DNA of 64,000 nucleotides from Chiloscyllium plagiosum (Eukaryota), in the NCBI RefSeq assembly GCF_004010195.1, contig NC_057720.1, forward strand, positions 10,963,181 through 11,027,180, in the 5' to 3' direction. Positions within the stretch are counted from its first letter, which is position 1; each line of letters opens with the position of its first letter. Position numbers and translations under genes: made by a program. Shown here one piece after another: positions 1 through 13,100 of this stretch. Below the pieces are notes generated by a model. The model saw only the letters and a program-made list of their open reading frames with translations. It did no database searches and was not told the DNA's origin.

Positions 1-340
1 ACACACAGATGAAGAGGGACACCAGTCCAACTGGGACAATACATCCATCTTGGGACAGGCATAAACAGAGACATGCATGGGATTTCCTAGAGGTCTGGCA
101 TTCAAACCAGAACACCATTAACAAACATTTCAATTTGGACCCCATTTACCAACCTCTCAGAAAAAGAAGCGGAAGTGATATCACCCATCACAACAGACCA
201 AGGAACATAACTAGCAAGTGGGACAGAACAGCAGTGCTTCACTGGAAGCTCACTGATAATGTTACCCAATGTGGTGATGAAATGTCTGAGAACAAATCTA
301 CTAGTTCAGCGAGCAAACCGATAACCAGACCCAGGAAATT
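1..340 (+). mobile_element. Penelope-like element 3' end (GIY-YIG C-terminus plus pseudo-LTR with decayed hammerhead at 249-290)
   Basis: KQRHAWDFLEVWHS...INKHFNLDPIYQPL, homologous to the 18613-19529 element. Confidence 0.8.
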
Positions 341-439
341 TTAGCAAGTCAATCTTGCAGACATGAACAGAACACAATTACCTTGAATCTTGTGCCAAAT
401 TATCATAGTCTCTAGTTTGTTTTGGATATTGCTGATAGA

Positions 440-905
440 TCGTAGAATCATCAAATCACACAGTACAGAAAAGGCCCTCAACTCATCGAGCTAGTACCAC
501 ACAAAAAATTCACTGCTACCTACACTACTGCCATGGTCCTGCACATGACACTTCAAACGCTCATCCAAGTACGTTTTAAAGGTTATGAGGTTTCTGGCCT
601 CTACTACTCTCCCCAGCTATGTATTCTAGATTCCCACAACTTTCTGATTGACAATCGTTTCCTTAGATCATCTCTAAACCTCTTGCCTTTCACTTGACCC
701 TTTGATTTGGAGGAGTAGCTGTATACTATTCACCCTGTCCAGGTCCCTCGTAATCTTATACACTTCCATCAGGTGCCCCCACAACCTTCTCTGTTCCAAA
801 TAAAAATAACCTGAGCTTATCCAGACTGTCCTCATTGATGAAATGCTCCATCCCAGGCAACATCCTGATAAATCTCCTCTCCAGAGCAATCACCTCCTTC
901 CTGGA
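440..905 (-). mobile_element. CR1-type LINE 3' fragment
   Basis: Minus-strand LERRFIRMLPGM / LMEVYKITRDLDRV motifs. Confidence 0.75.
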
Positions 906-1015
906 CTGAAAGGTGTTAAATGGTGATGCTTGCAGTAATTTCGAGTCCTGAGGCAAGTTTCGTCTTGAATCTACAGTTATAAATCTGTTCTGATATGGCT
1001 TCTGCTGTTATTCAG

Positions 1016-1142
1016 GATGGAAAAGGAAACTCTTGCTGAGGAGAACATGCTGTTGATTGCACTCAAAGAAGCTGAAATTACATCAATATCTGTAGCAGAA
1101 CAAGTGGCAACATTTCGGAACTCCATTGCTGAAGTAATGCAG
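1016..1142 (+). CDS. ODF2L: ODF2L exon (phase 2 to 0): MEKETLAEENMLLIALKEAEITSISVAEQVATFRNSIAEVMQ
   Basis: ttcag|G ATG...CAG|gtatgt; open frame. Confidence 0.85.
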
Positions 1143-4100
1143 GTATGTACAAAGTACAGCAATTTAATAGTGAAACTCTCAGTGATATTAATGTTTAGCA
1201 ATCTCGGCATGCAGCAGTTGATCCCCTGTGGTGAATGATACATAGAGTAAAAAATCTTAGAAAAATAAATCTTCGCATTTCCCATTTTCTGAAGTGATTC
1301 CATGGTTGTCTTGCAGCAAAAATTAAGTAGTAGTTAGCACGGCTGCCTCACCGCGCCAGGGGCCCAGGTTCAATTCCAGCTTTGGACAATTGTCTGTGTG
1401 GAGTTTGCACATTCTGTGTGTCTGTGTGGGTTTCCTCCGGGTGCTCCGGTTTGCTCCCACAATGTGCAGTTTAGGTGGATTGGCCATGCTAAATTGCCCA
1501 TAGTGTCAAGGGATGTGTAGGTTGGATGTGTTAACAGTGGAAAATGTAGGGTTACAGGGAAAGACAATAGACAATAGGTGCAGGAGTAGGCCATTCTGCC
1601 CTTTGAGCCTGCACCACCATTCAATATGATCATGGCTGATCATCCTTAATCAGTATCCTGTTCCTGCCTTATCTCCATAACCCTTGATTCCACTATCCTT
1701 GACAGCTCTATCCAACTCTTTCCTAAATGAATCCAGAGACTGGGCCTCCACTGCCCTCTGGGGCAGAGCATTCCACACAGCCACCACTCTCTGGATAAAG
1801 AGGTTTCTCCTCATCTCTGTCCTAAATGGTCTACCCCGTATTTTTTAAGCTGTGTCCTCTGGTTCAGCACTCACCCATCAGCTGAAACATGTTTCCTGCC
1901 TCCAGAGTGTCCAATCCTTTAATAATCTTATATGTCTCAATCAGATCNNNNNNNNNNNNNNNNNNNNNNNNNNNNNNNNNNNNNNNNNNNNNNNNNNNNN
2001 NNNNNNNNNNNNNNNNNNNNNNNNNNNNNNNNNNNNNNNNNNNNNNNNNNNNNNNNNNNNNNNNNNNNNNNNNNNNNNNNNNNNNNNNNNNNNNNNNNNN
2101 NNNNNNNNNNNNNNNNNNNNNNNNNNNNNNNNNNNNNNNNNNNNNNNNNNNNNNNNNNNNNNNNNNNNNNNNNNNNNNNNNNNNNNNNNNNNNNNNNNNN
2201 NNNNNNNNNNNNNNNNNNNNNNNNNNNNNNNNNNNNNNNNNNNNNNNNNNNNNNNNNNNNNNNNNNNNNNNNNNNNNNNNNNNNNNNNNNNNNNNNNNNN
2301 NNNNNNNNNNNNNNNNNNNNNNNNNNNNNNNNNNNNNNNNNNNNNNNNNNNNNNNNNNNNNNNNNNNNNNNNNNNNNNNNNNNNNNNNNNNNNNNNNNNN
2401 NNNNNNNNNNNNNNNNNNNNNNNNNNNNNNNNNNNNNNNNNNNNNNNNNNNNNNNNNNNNNNNNNNNNNNNNNNNNNNNNNNNNNNNNNNNNNNNNNNNN
2501 NNNNNNNNNNNNNNNNNNNNNNNNNNNNNNNNNNNNNNNNNNNNNNNNNNNNNNNNNNNNNNNNNNNNNNNNNNNNNNNNNNNNNNNNNNNNNNNNNNNN
2601 NNNNNNNNNNNNNNNNNNNNNNNNNNNNNNNNNNNNNNNNNNNNNNNNNNNNNNNNNNNNNNNNNNNNNNNNNNNNNNNNNNNNNNNNNNNNNNNNNNNN
2701 NNNNNNNNNNNNNNNNNNNNNNNNNNNNNNNNNNNNNNNNNNNNNNNNNNNNNNNNNNCTAGCTAGAACACCCTGCACACCATGTGACTTCACTTTCTCC
2801 ATTAATCTACAATGACGGGCACAGGCCCTTCTGAAGGGCCTGTGCCCGAAACGTCGAATCTCCTGTTCCCTGGATGCTGCCTGACCTGCTGTGCTGTTCC
2901 AGCAATAAAGTTTCAACTCCAGCATCTTTCCCACCACTGAGATCAGACTAACTGGTCTATACTTTCCTGCTTTCTCTCTCCCACCTTTCTTAAAGGGTGG
3001 GGGGTGCTCATTGGAGGGTCGATATGGCCTTGTTGGGCCTGTTTCCACACTGTAGGGATCCTATGAATTTAGTGCCATTTTGATTATTGATGTCCAGTAG
3101 TGGCATTTCACTAGGTCTGTATTAGTTGGTTACCACTGAAGACCTACAAAGCTGTAAGCTATACAAATATATGCACTAACCACAAACCACAAACTAGTGC
3201 TGTGTCCAGGGCATGTTTGTTTAATCATTTGTGGGCCAGCATTTATTGCCCGTCCTTAGTCACCTTTGAGAAGGTGGGGGGTTGAACTACCTTCTTGAAC
3301 CGTTGCAGGCCATATGCTGTGGGTTGACCCACAATGTCCTTGGGGAGGGAATCCCAAAATTTTAACCCACCGATAGTGAAGGAACAGTCAGGATGGTGAA
3401 TGGTTCGAGGGTGAACTAGCAGGTGGTGGTGTACCCATGTACCTGCGACTCTTGTGTGCTCGTGGGTTTGGAAGTTGGTGTCTGAGGATCTTTGGTGAAT
3501 TTCTGCAGTAAATCTCGTTGACAGTACACACTGCTGCTGCTAAGCGTCAGTGGTGGAGGGAGTAGATGTTTGTGGATGTGGTGCCAGTTAAGGAGGCTGC
3601 TTTGTTCTGAATGTTAATATTCTGCATGTTTAGTTTTAATTTGATTCTTATTTTAATTTGAGCCAAAACTAAAGACTTATAATAAGACTTGGGATGGTTT
3701 CAATTGGTTTGAGTTCTTGACTCTAGAAAAGAAAAGGCTGAGGTCTCTCTAATTTAGGTTTCCTAAGGTTACGGAAGGGTTTGAAAGGATATATATGGAA
3801 AAGCAGTTGTCCTACATACAGGTTGAAGGACAGAACTAGAATTATAAGTGTAAGAAGACTGTTAATAAATTCTACAGGGAATTTGAGAGAAACTTCCCTT
3901 GAGGTTTTCTTTTCACTCATTTATGAGATGAGTGATGCTGGCTCGGCCATAATGTATTGCCCAGAGGGCAGTTAAGAGTCAGCCATATTGCTATGGGTCT
4001 GGAGTCACATGTCGGCCAGCAATCTCTTTCCCTGAAGAGAATGAGTGAACCAGACTGTTTCTCCCACCCGCCTCCAGCAGGTGGCAGCAGTTTCACAGTC

Positions 4101-7100
4101 ATCCTAAGTCCCGATTTTTACTGGATTCATCTTCCACAGTGAGATTTGAACCCAACTCTGTAGAACGTTCCCTGGGCCTCTGGATTAACAGTCTAGCAAT
4201 AATCCCACTAGGACATCACTTCCCTTGCTACCACAAGAATACATAAAGTGAATAGAAGCATTTGAAATTAGTATAAAAGAAATAAAGTCTTGCTCCAGTC
4301 ATACAGTGTTAAAAATCACACAACACTGGGTTATAGTCCAACAGTTTTATTTGTAAATACTAGCTTTTGGAATGCTGCTCCTTCATCAGGTAGCTGTGGA
4401 GCAGGATCATACGTACTGTGTACAGTTTTAGTCTCTAAAGGGATATACTTCCACAGGCAGCATTTCACACAGCTGGTTCCCGGGATGAAGGGGATGAGTT
4501 TTGAGGAAAGGTTTATTGGGTTATACCTGATTAGGTTAGATTCCCTACAGCACGGAAACAGGCCCTTCGGCCCAACAGGTCCATACCGACCCACCCAGAC
4601 CCATTTCCCCCAACTAATGCACCTAGCACTATAGGCAATTTAGCATGGCCAATTCACCTGGCCTGCACATCTTTGTGACTGTGGGAGGAAACCGGAGCAC
4701 CTGGAGGAAACCCACACAGACACGGGGAGAATGTGCAAACTCCACACAGACAGTCACCCAAGGCTGGAATAGAACCTAGGTCCCTGGCGGTGTGAAGCTA
4801 CAGTGCTAACCACTGAACCACCGTGCTGCCCATTGGCCATCAGAAGAATGAGAGGTGATGATACTGAAGCATATCAGTTTCCACTGGGGCTTGACAGTCG
4901 ATGTTGGACAGATCAGAAATTGCAGGAAAAACATCAGCAGCTCTGTGGAGAGAAAGCAGAGTTAACATTTCAGGTCCAGTGACCCTTCTTCAGAACTGAT
5001 TGTAGCTGGGGAAGGGTTGGTATACGTGCAAAGGTTTGGTGGTGAGGGGGGGAAGAGTTAACGATTAACGACAGGTAGAGGCGGACCTCAGGGAGGGAGA
5101 AAAACAGTTGGGCAGATAAAGAAATGGGTAAAGGTCAGCCTGGGAGTGTCAGTAGCTGTTAATGGGGACTGCTGGTGGCTGACAGTGGGTTGTTTATGGG
5201 GGCAGCCAATGTGATGACAAGGTCTGGTGGGTGGGGTTTGGGTAAGGACATAGAACAAGGAGCTGAGGTCCTAAAATTATTGAACTTGATATTCAGTCCT
5301 GCGAGGTCCCCAAGAAACTTAGCTGTTGTTATTCCAGATATGGAAACAGACCCTTCAGTCCAACCCCTCCATGCCGACCAGATATCCCAACCCAATCTAG
5401 TCCCACCTGCCAGCACCCGGCCTATATCCCTCCAAACCCTTCCTATTCATACACCCATCCAGATGCCTTTTAAATGTACCAGCCTCCACCACTTCTTCTG
5501 GCAGCTCATATAACTCTATGACTCAATGTTGCACTGAGCTTCACTAGAGCACTGTAACAAGCCTGAGACATAGGTGTTGGCCAGGGAACATGATGGTGTG
5601 TTGAAATGGCAGGTAGCCGAAAGCTCAGAGTCAATCCTGCTGTCAGAACATAGGTATTCTTCAAAGCGACCATTTCTGATTCCCAGCATCTGCAGCTCTT
5701 TGGGATTTTTTTTCATGATGGAAGGATATTATACAGGGCCTTGGTGAGGCCAAACCTTGAGTACTGTATGCAGTTTTAGTCTCCTAGTCTGAGGAAGAAC
5801 ATTCTTGCTATTGAGGGAACCCAGCAAATATTCACCAGACTGATTCCCGGGATGACAGTACTGAGATATGAGGAAAGACTGGGCTTGTACTCGCTGGGAG
5901 TAAGAAGACTGAGGTGGGGATCTCATAGAAATAAATGAAATCCTGATGGAATTGGACAGACTAGATGCGGGAAGAATGTTCCCGATGTTGGGGAAGTCCA
6001 GAACTAGAGGCCACAGTCTAAGAAAAAGGGATAAGCCATTCAGGACTGAGAGGAGGAAGAATCTCTTCACTCAGAGAATCGTGAACCTGTGGAATTCAGT
6101 ACCACAGGAAGATGTTGGGGCCAGTTCATTAGATTTATTCAAGAGGGAGCTGGACGTAATCCTTGCAGCTAAAGGGATTAAGGGGTATGGGGAGAGGGCA
6201 GGAGTGGGATGCTCAGATTGCATGATCAGCCATGATCATATTGAATGGTGGTGCAGGCTCGAGAAGCTGAATGGCCTCCTCCTGCACCTATTTTCTATGT
6301 TTGTGGCAGGCTTTAGAATGGGGGGGGACACAGTATAAAAATAGGCAGTGACTGCTGACAGCTGTGTATGTGGCTAACCTGGGTGTGCACAATTCCTGCC
6401 CTGATAAGTCACCTCTGTAACATTTGGATAACATCCAATGCAAAGGCTGCATCAACTCTCTCATTGTACAGCACACTGAGTGCTGGGCGCAGTTTTGGTT
6501 TGTGAAGGAAAATGGAAGAAGCACATAACGTGTGAAGAGATGAAGCTGAAAATATTGAAACTTGGTTCAGTGGGAAGTGTAGGGGGAGGAGACGGAAAAG
6601 AGTCAAGATGAAGTGGTGAAACAGCGTGGGGGCGATTCCCCTCCCCCTTTCTGCCCTCTCCGTTCTCTCTCTCCCCATTCCCCTCACCATTCACAGTCCC
6701 ACTTCTTTCTCAAGATTATATAAATGCTTCAAGGTGAAGGCATCCCCAGGTTGCAGCAAACACAATATGTCTGAATTTTACTTTGTGTGAACGGAAAAGA
6801 CCAGATCCAAGACTAATATCATAAACGTAAGTTAGGGCAACCTGGTGGACATGCAAGCTGAGCTCAGTGAAATGGATTGTCATGCTAAGCTAAAAGATTA
6901 ATCAGTAGAGATGAAGTTATGGACATGTAAGGGGATATTTCAGAACTATCAGAGTATGTATATTCCTCCAATAAATTCCTACAAGAAACTAGGGAAAGCA
7001 TCAAACTTAAGGAAAAATATAATTGTCCAAAGATAAACAGCAAGTCAAATGATTTGTAAGAATATAAAGAACAGTAGATCATAATTAAAGTGTTAATAAA

Positions 7101-10100
7101 GAAAAGGACATAGGAGAAGGAGCTGAGGTCCTAAAATGGTTGAACTTGATATTGAGTCCTGTAGCTTCCCTCCCCATTACCCCACTCCCATCATATGTGT
7201 ACCCTCCTCCCACCACCTTGCTCAACCCCTCTTCTCTGGCTGCCCCCGCCCCCCCCCCATTCTTGGTCGCGTTGCCCCGGCCACAGTCACACCCACGTCC
7301 TGGTTAAATGTGCATGTGTGAATTTAAAAGATCCACAGGACCCATGAGCCACTATTAAAATAAGAGGACTCCTATTTAACTTAGAGATGAGGGCAAATTT
7401 TCTCAGTATTTTGAGTTCTCCGTCTCAGAGACTGGGTCAATGTGTATATCCAAAGCCGAGTTCTTAGAATCAAAGAACCATCGAGTCCCTGCAGTGTGGA
7501 TGCAGGCCATTCTGCCCATTGAGTCCACAATGACACTCCGAAGAGCATCCCACCCAGACTCGCTCCCTCCATCCCTGTATTTCCCATGGCTAATATATCT
7601 CACCTGCACATCTTTGGACTCTAGGAGGAAACCAGAGCACCCGGAGGAAACCCACGCAGACACGGGGAGAACATGCAAACTCCACAAAACATTCACCTGA
7701 GGGTTTAATTGAACCCATGTCCCTAGCGTTGTGAGGCTGCTATGTTAACCACTGAGCCACGGTGCTGCCCAAGGTAGACAGATATTTGATCTACGTGGGA
7801 GTGGAGGGTAATGGGGACAGGCTGTAAAGTTTTGTTAAATCTACAATCAGATCAGCCATTGACCTTATTAAATGGTTAAGCTGGCTTGATGGTCTAAATG
7901 GCCTCACCCTTCTCTTTCTTATGATCTTAAGTTGGGTAGAAATGTGAGGGAAGTAGTAGAGTATGTTGATGGGGTTAGGTGAAGGGCGATAAGAGGAGGG
8001 ACATAAACACTGGCAAGCATCTGTCAGATTGAGTGCCTATGTCTGTCTGTAAGTTTTACATGATGATTAAAAATTAATTTAGCCCAGTGTATTTTGCCAC
8101 CTTTGTAGGTGAATCAAATTCCATCCTCGGGGTTTAGTGGATTTACTGAAGACAAGAACATGTTTTTAGAGAAGCTGGAAAATTTCAAGATTGCAAGTCA
8201 AAAATTACAATTTCTCTTCAGGGAACGATGGATTTCCAAGGTAGGCGAAACTTTGTTGACCTTCAATGCGCATCCCCCCCCTCCAAAAAAATATGACTTC
8301 AGATAAAGTTAGATCCTTGATGAATAACAGGGTGTGATCAATTGTGAGTATAAAAAAAATTACAACTGTGTCGAGCACCTTTCAGGTGCAAGGGAAGTTC
8401 TACGATTATTATGTTCTGTGTAAATCGCTAATTGTAGATTGAGAGTTTGACAGAATTTGGAATTAGGCATTTGTAAACTACAAACCTCGAGCCAAGTGTT
8501 ATTTGTGTTTCTGGATCTACTGTTAACCTGCTGCTTGGTTTACAGAGTGACCACATTTCAAACATACTTCTTTGGGCCTTAGGGACTACAGGACATCCTG
8601 GAGTCACCGAGGTACCTTATATATACAAGTCTTTACTTTGTCAGTTTTGCTGTGATTTGTGATTCCAGTAATTACTGAATCCCTGGCTGATTAACTGATG
8701 TGAATGGAGATAATACACACGAGCGAGGATAATACATCACCTTACTATGGAACATACCATGCCATTTTGTTTTTAATTTCAAAAATATATTTTATTCATA
8801 AAAAAACATTCTTCGCATACCTACATAGTCATAAACGTAGTTGGGTTCTGTGCAGTAGCATACCAACTAAACAAACAAACATTGGAGTTTGACTCTATCC
8901 AACCAAACCAAAGGTATTTTTTACTTGAAACACACTATATTTAAATTCATTTGAGGCATTGAGGTCATTTTTTTAATTTCAAAAATATACTTTATTCGTA
9001 AAATATTTTGATGATCTGTACAATTGGTGGTGTCATTCATAGACGCACCTTGCATTTTTTTACATACAGAGATCAGAATTAGTCATTCGTATATACAGTT
9101 TTGTACATTTACCATCCAGATATTTAGCTGAGGCTTCATCACTTACTGAGTGGGCCCCCTGTTCTTCTTTGGCAGGCAGACGTTACACGGTGGTCTTTCC
9201 CCACCGCGCCTTGGGCGGCAGCTTTGAGGCCAATGCTGTAGCACAACCTTCAATTTCAGGAACTCTGCCTCAGAAATATTGCAAGAGGACTGAACTGCCT
9301 CCTTCCCAACACACCCCTGCAGCTCATGTGACCCACTTTTTGTTTGTCGTGTTAAACACTTTCCCTTTGTCTCCCTCCCTGTAGTCTTTCACCTATGGTG
9401 GTGGAATATTTTCAAGATGGATTTGAGGATAGCTTTTGAAAAAAAAACACATTTGACTGTTCTTACGTCTGCTAATTTAAGTCAGGCAGCCAATAGGTTT
9501 ATTAAGAACCTCATAGGCAATGGTTAACGGAACTTGGCGGCATTATTCAGTCAAAAATCACACAACACCAGGTTATAGTCCAACAGGTTTAATTGGAAGC
9601 ACATTAGCTTTCAGAGCGACGCTCCTTCATCAGGTGATGAAGGACCGTCGCTCCGAAAGCTAGTGTGCTTCCAATTAAACCTGTTGGACTATAACCTGGT
9701 GTTGTGTGATTTTTAACTTTGTACACCCCAGTCCAACACCGGCATCTCTGAATCATTATTCAGTCAGCATTTGAATTCCTGAAATGGTGAGAGGCAGATT
9801 AACTCTCTGGGGCTCAGCATCTGATGGAAGGCTGGAGGAGAGTTCCGTACATCTCTAAGAGGTCTGTGTGTTTGAGAATGTGTGTAACCAAAGGCCACTC
9901 TGTGTAGCAGCAGTGATAGCCTTATTGTCTTTGGGTTGTGTAATTAGTTTTCAGAAAAATGGCTGGTAGTTCGCTTTCCTGGTGTAGTGCCCCCTCTGTT
10001 ACTTAACAGTACTGCAACCATCTGCTTCTATTAATCTGAACGGTGTTCTGACTCACTTTGTTTTTGATAAACCTATCCATCATCCTTGGACAGGGAACTT

Positions 10101-13100
10101 GTTTCCATGCCAACTAGGGGAACATTCAGGCCAAACGTTCAGTGAATATTCCCAACCAGATACACAGGTTTGGGACCTGGGAATATTCCTAGCTCCTGTT
10201 TCCTGCCCCATTCCGCTCCAAATATTTCACACAACTTGTTATTTTTGGAATACAATCCCTATCATGTGGACAAATGCAGTAGCCATTTTGCAGCAATAGT
10301 TATTTACTGCTTTTGAATAAATTCTGCCCTCTTTAATACTTGATTTCATCGAACTTCAACTACCCTCAGCTAAAGTACATGGTCATAATTTTATTAAAAG
10401 GCAAAGTATTAATTCAGCAGTATAATAAGATTTAATTTCTTCCATTACCCAATCTATCATCTGCACAACTCACTAAGACTCCTATCAGCTCTTACCAATA
10501 GTGCCCATGGTATTTATAACGTAAATATGCTATAATTGTCTTTTTTCTCCGGGCACACCAACTGGAGTTAAGTTAGTTTCTTGAGGAGAGGAATTACCTT
10601 AAATTCAGAAGAAGGGGAGTAATTCATGACTGTAATGATTATTTGAGTTGGGCTTTCCAAAGTTATTGTGGATAAGATGCAAGGATAATGGAATTTTTAG
10701 GCAGTTGCTATGTCTGCTTGTTTGGGAATGTGAGGCCACATTCTAATCTGAGTTTATCTTTCTAGCCTTGCGTGGATTGTACCAACAGACAAATTGAAGT
10801 GTTGACACAGAAGCTGACAAGATGTGAAACTGAAAATATTGCAAGTATTTTACTTTCATCAATCCTAAAAATAAACACATTGTTCTAAACTGGATCAAAC
10901 ACACAAAAATGGATAGGTTTCATATGATTTTTTGCGCTAAAGTAGTGTCAAAACATTGTTTTGCAGCATTTGAAAAGAAAACTCCAGCATGTTGAGAAAA
11001 ATGCGAAAGAAGCTTTGGCACTGTGTCAGATGGAAAAGGTACAAGGATATTGGAATTTTTCTTACATAACCAGAATAAATTAAATAATTATTCACAGGGG
11101 TTAATTAATGCAAATTGCACTTTATTTCCAGGTTAATTCTTGCTTTGTAAAGCAGCTGTCAAAGTCTGTTGAAGCAACCCAAGCCCGTCTACAAGAGCAG
11201 CTTAGAAACAAAGACGGCAGGAACAAGAGAATGTCAAATCAGATCCTGGTAAGTTCTTCTTCAAAATAGGGCAAATCTTGAATAAAATTGCAGTAACGTT
11301 AAAGGTTACAGAATAATAAATTATTTTTACATTTGATGGACACAGTCGAAAATTTGAGACTGACTTTGAGGAAAATGACTGGCTATGACTTTTTCATCTT
11401 GAAAATCTCCGTAGGCAACTCTACAGTCCCTAACTGTCTCGATTAATAGCTAATCACCCTTCCAGCCAGATTGTTATTCACTCATTTGTCTTTCCAACTG
11501 CTCTTCTCTCTCTTTGGGTTCTATCCCCACCTATCTTTACTCTTTACCACCTCCTTCCACCCTATCTTCTGTATATAAACCAATATTTTCCTAGCTACCA
11601 TCAGTTCTGAGGAAGGGTCACCAGACCCAAAACGTTAACTCTGATTTCTGTCGATGTGGAGGGTCCTGTGTTGGACTGGGGTGGACAAGGTCAGAAGTCA
11701 CACAACACCAGGTTTATACTCCAGCAGGTTTATTTGAAATCACAAGCTTTTGGAGCACTGTCCCTTCAAGTCTTCACCTGATGATGGAGCACAGCTCCAA
11801 AAGCTTGTGATTTCAAATAAACCTGTTGCACTATGACCTTGTGTCATATGACTTCTGACCTGATTTCTCTCCAGAGACGCTGCCAGACCTGCTGAGCTTT
11901 TCCAGCAATTTCTGTTTTTGTTTCTGATTTACAGCATCTGCAGTTCTTTGGGTTTTATTTATTTTCTGTAGATAATGTTTAGGACATTAATAAGATGATC
12001 TGTAAGAGGTCTCAATTTGTGACCAACAAATAGTCTCATTCATGATGTGAAGCTATTGGCATGACACAGCACATAAGCATGGCCCTAACCAGTGTACGCA
12101 AGGAACTGAGCTCTGCACAATGGATTTGTACAATGGATGTTTTTACCATATTCAAAGGTGCTGTGTAGATGCACGTTACTGGCGTGAATAATTCTGGCTT
12201 TCAAGCTCCACAACTTAACTCTTGAAGATGACAGCACCAACATGCTGGAAGAGATCAACAGATCATGCAGCATACATGGGGAGAGAACAAAGATTAATAG
12301 TTTGGAAGTTGTTCATAACTTGTTCAGTCTGGTTTTGTTGAGTCTCTCTCAGGGACGTTTAGGGATGGCTGCTCAATTCCGGCCTTGTCGGCAATGCTCA
12401 CATCTTAAGAATGGAAGTGAATGTAAGGAATTAGTAACGGGTTCGAGGTGTTATGGACAGTGGGCAGGAAAGTGAAATTGAGCCCGAGATCAGATCAGCT
12501 GATTGTATTAAATGGCGGAACAGGCTCGCGGGACTGAATTGTCCACTCCTGCACCTCGTCCTTTTGTAGAACAAAAGCACAGCTGATGCCAGCACAAGTT
12601 GGCTGAGGGCAGAGTGTGATTGTAGTGGAGTCCTTAAGCAGTGGTTAGACCTGTATTTAGATATACAGAGGGTACTAATCCCTAATTTAGCGTTGGATAC
12701 TGCTGGCATTTCTCTTTGTCGAGGTTGGCTGTGTTCTTATTCATTATAAACAGGTACCACGGTGATGTAAGCTGGAAAGCTGTATCTAGGTTAAAGACAA
12801 GATGCTTGTATACTGATATCTTTAATGTGCAAGTTGTCCCAACTTAAAGACAAAAGATGCACCAACAACAGCATCCTCGACCAGGCCAACATCCCCAGTA
12901 TTGAGGTATTAACCCCCCACCCGCCCTCCCTGCATTTTCCCCCCCCTTCCAAAAAATCAGCTGTACACATCGTCCCCCTGATTAACATGAGACTCCCCAC
13001 GCAGGTACTCTACTCCCAGCTCTGAAACCGCAGGCGAGCCCCAGGTGCTCAGGGGAAGTGCTTCAGTGATAACCTCAAGGTCTCACAGGGAAGTGTAGCA

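Noticed and set aside
1852..3048. Long ORFs in the ORF track (also 27169-28329 and 29203-29955)
   Set aside because: Their length comes from N gaps read as X.
9554..9753. CRISPR-like repeats, terminators or miRNA hairpins
   Set aside because: Eukaryotic dispersed repeats with TSDs and no spacer array; explained as Penelope derivatives.
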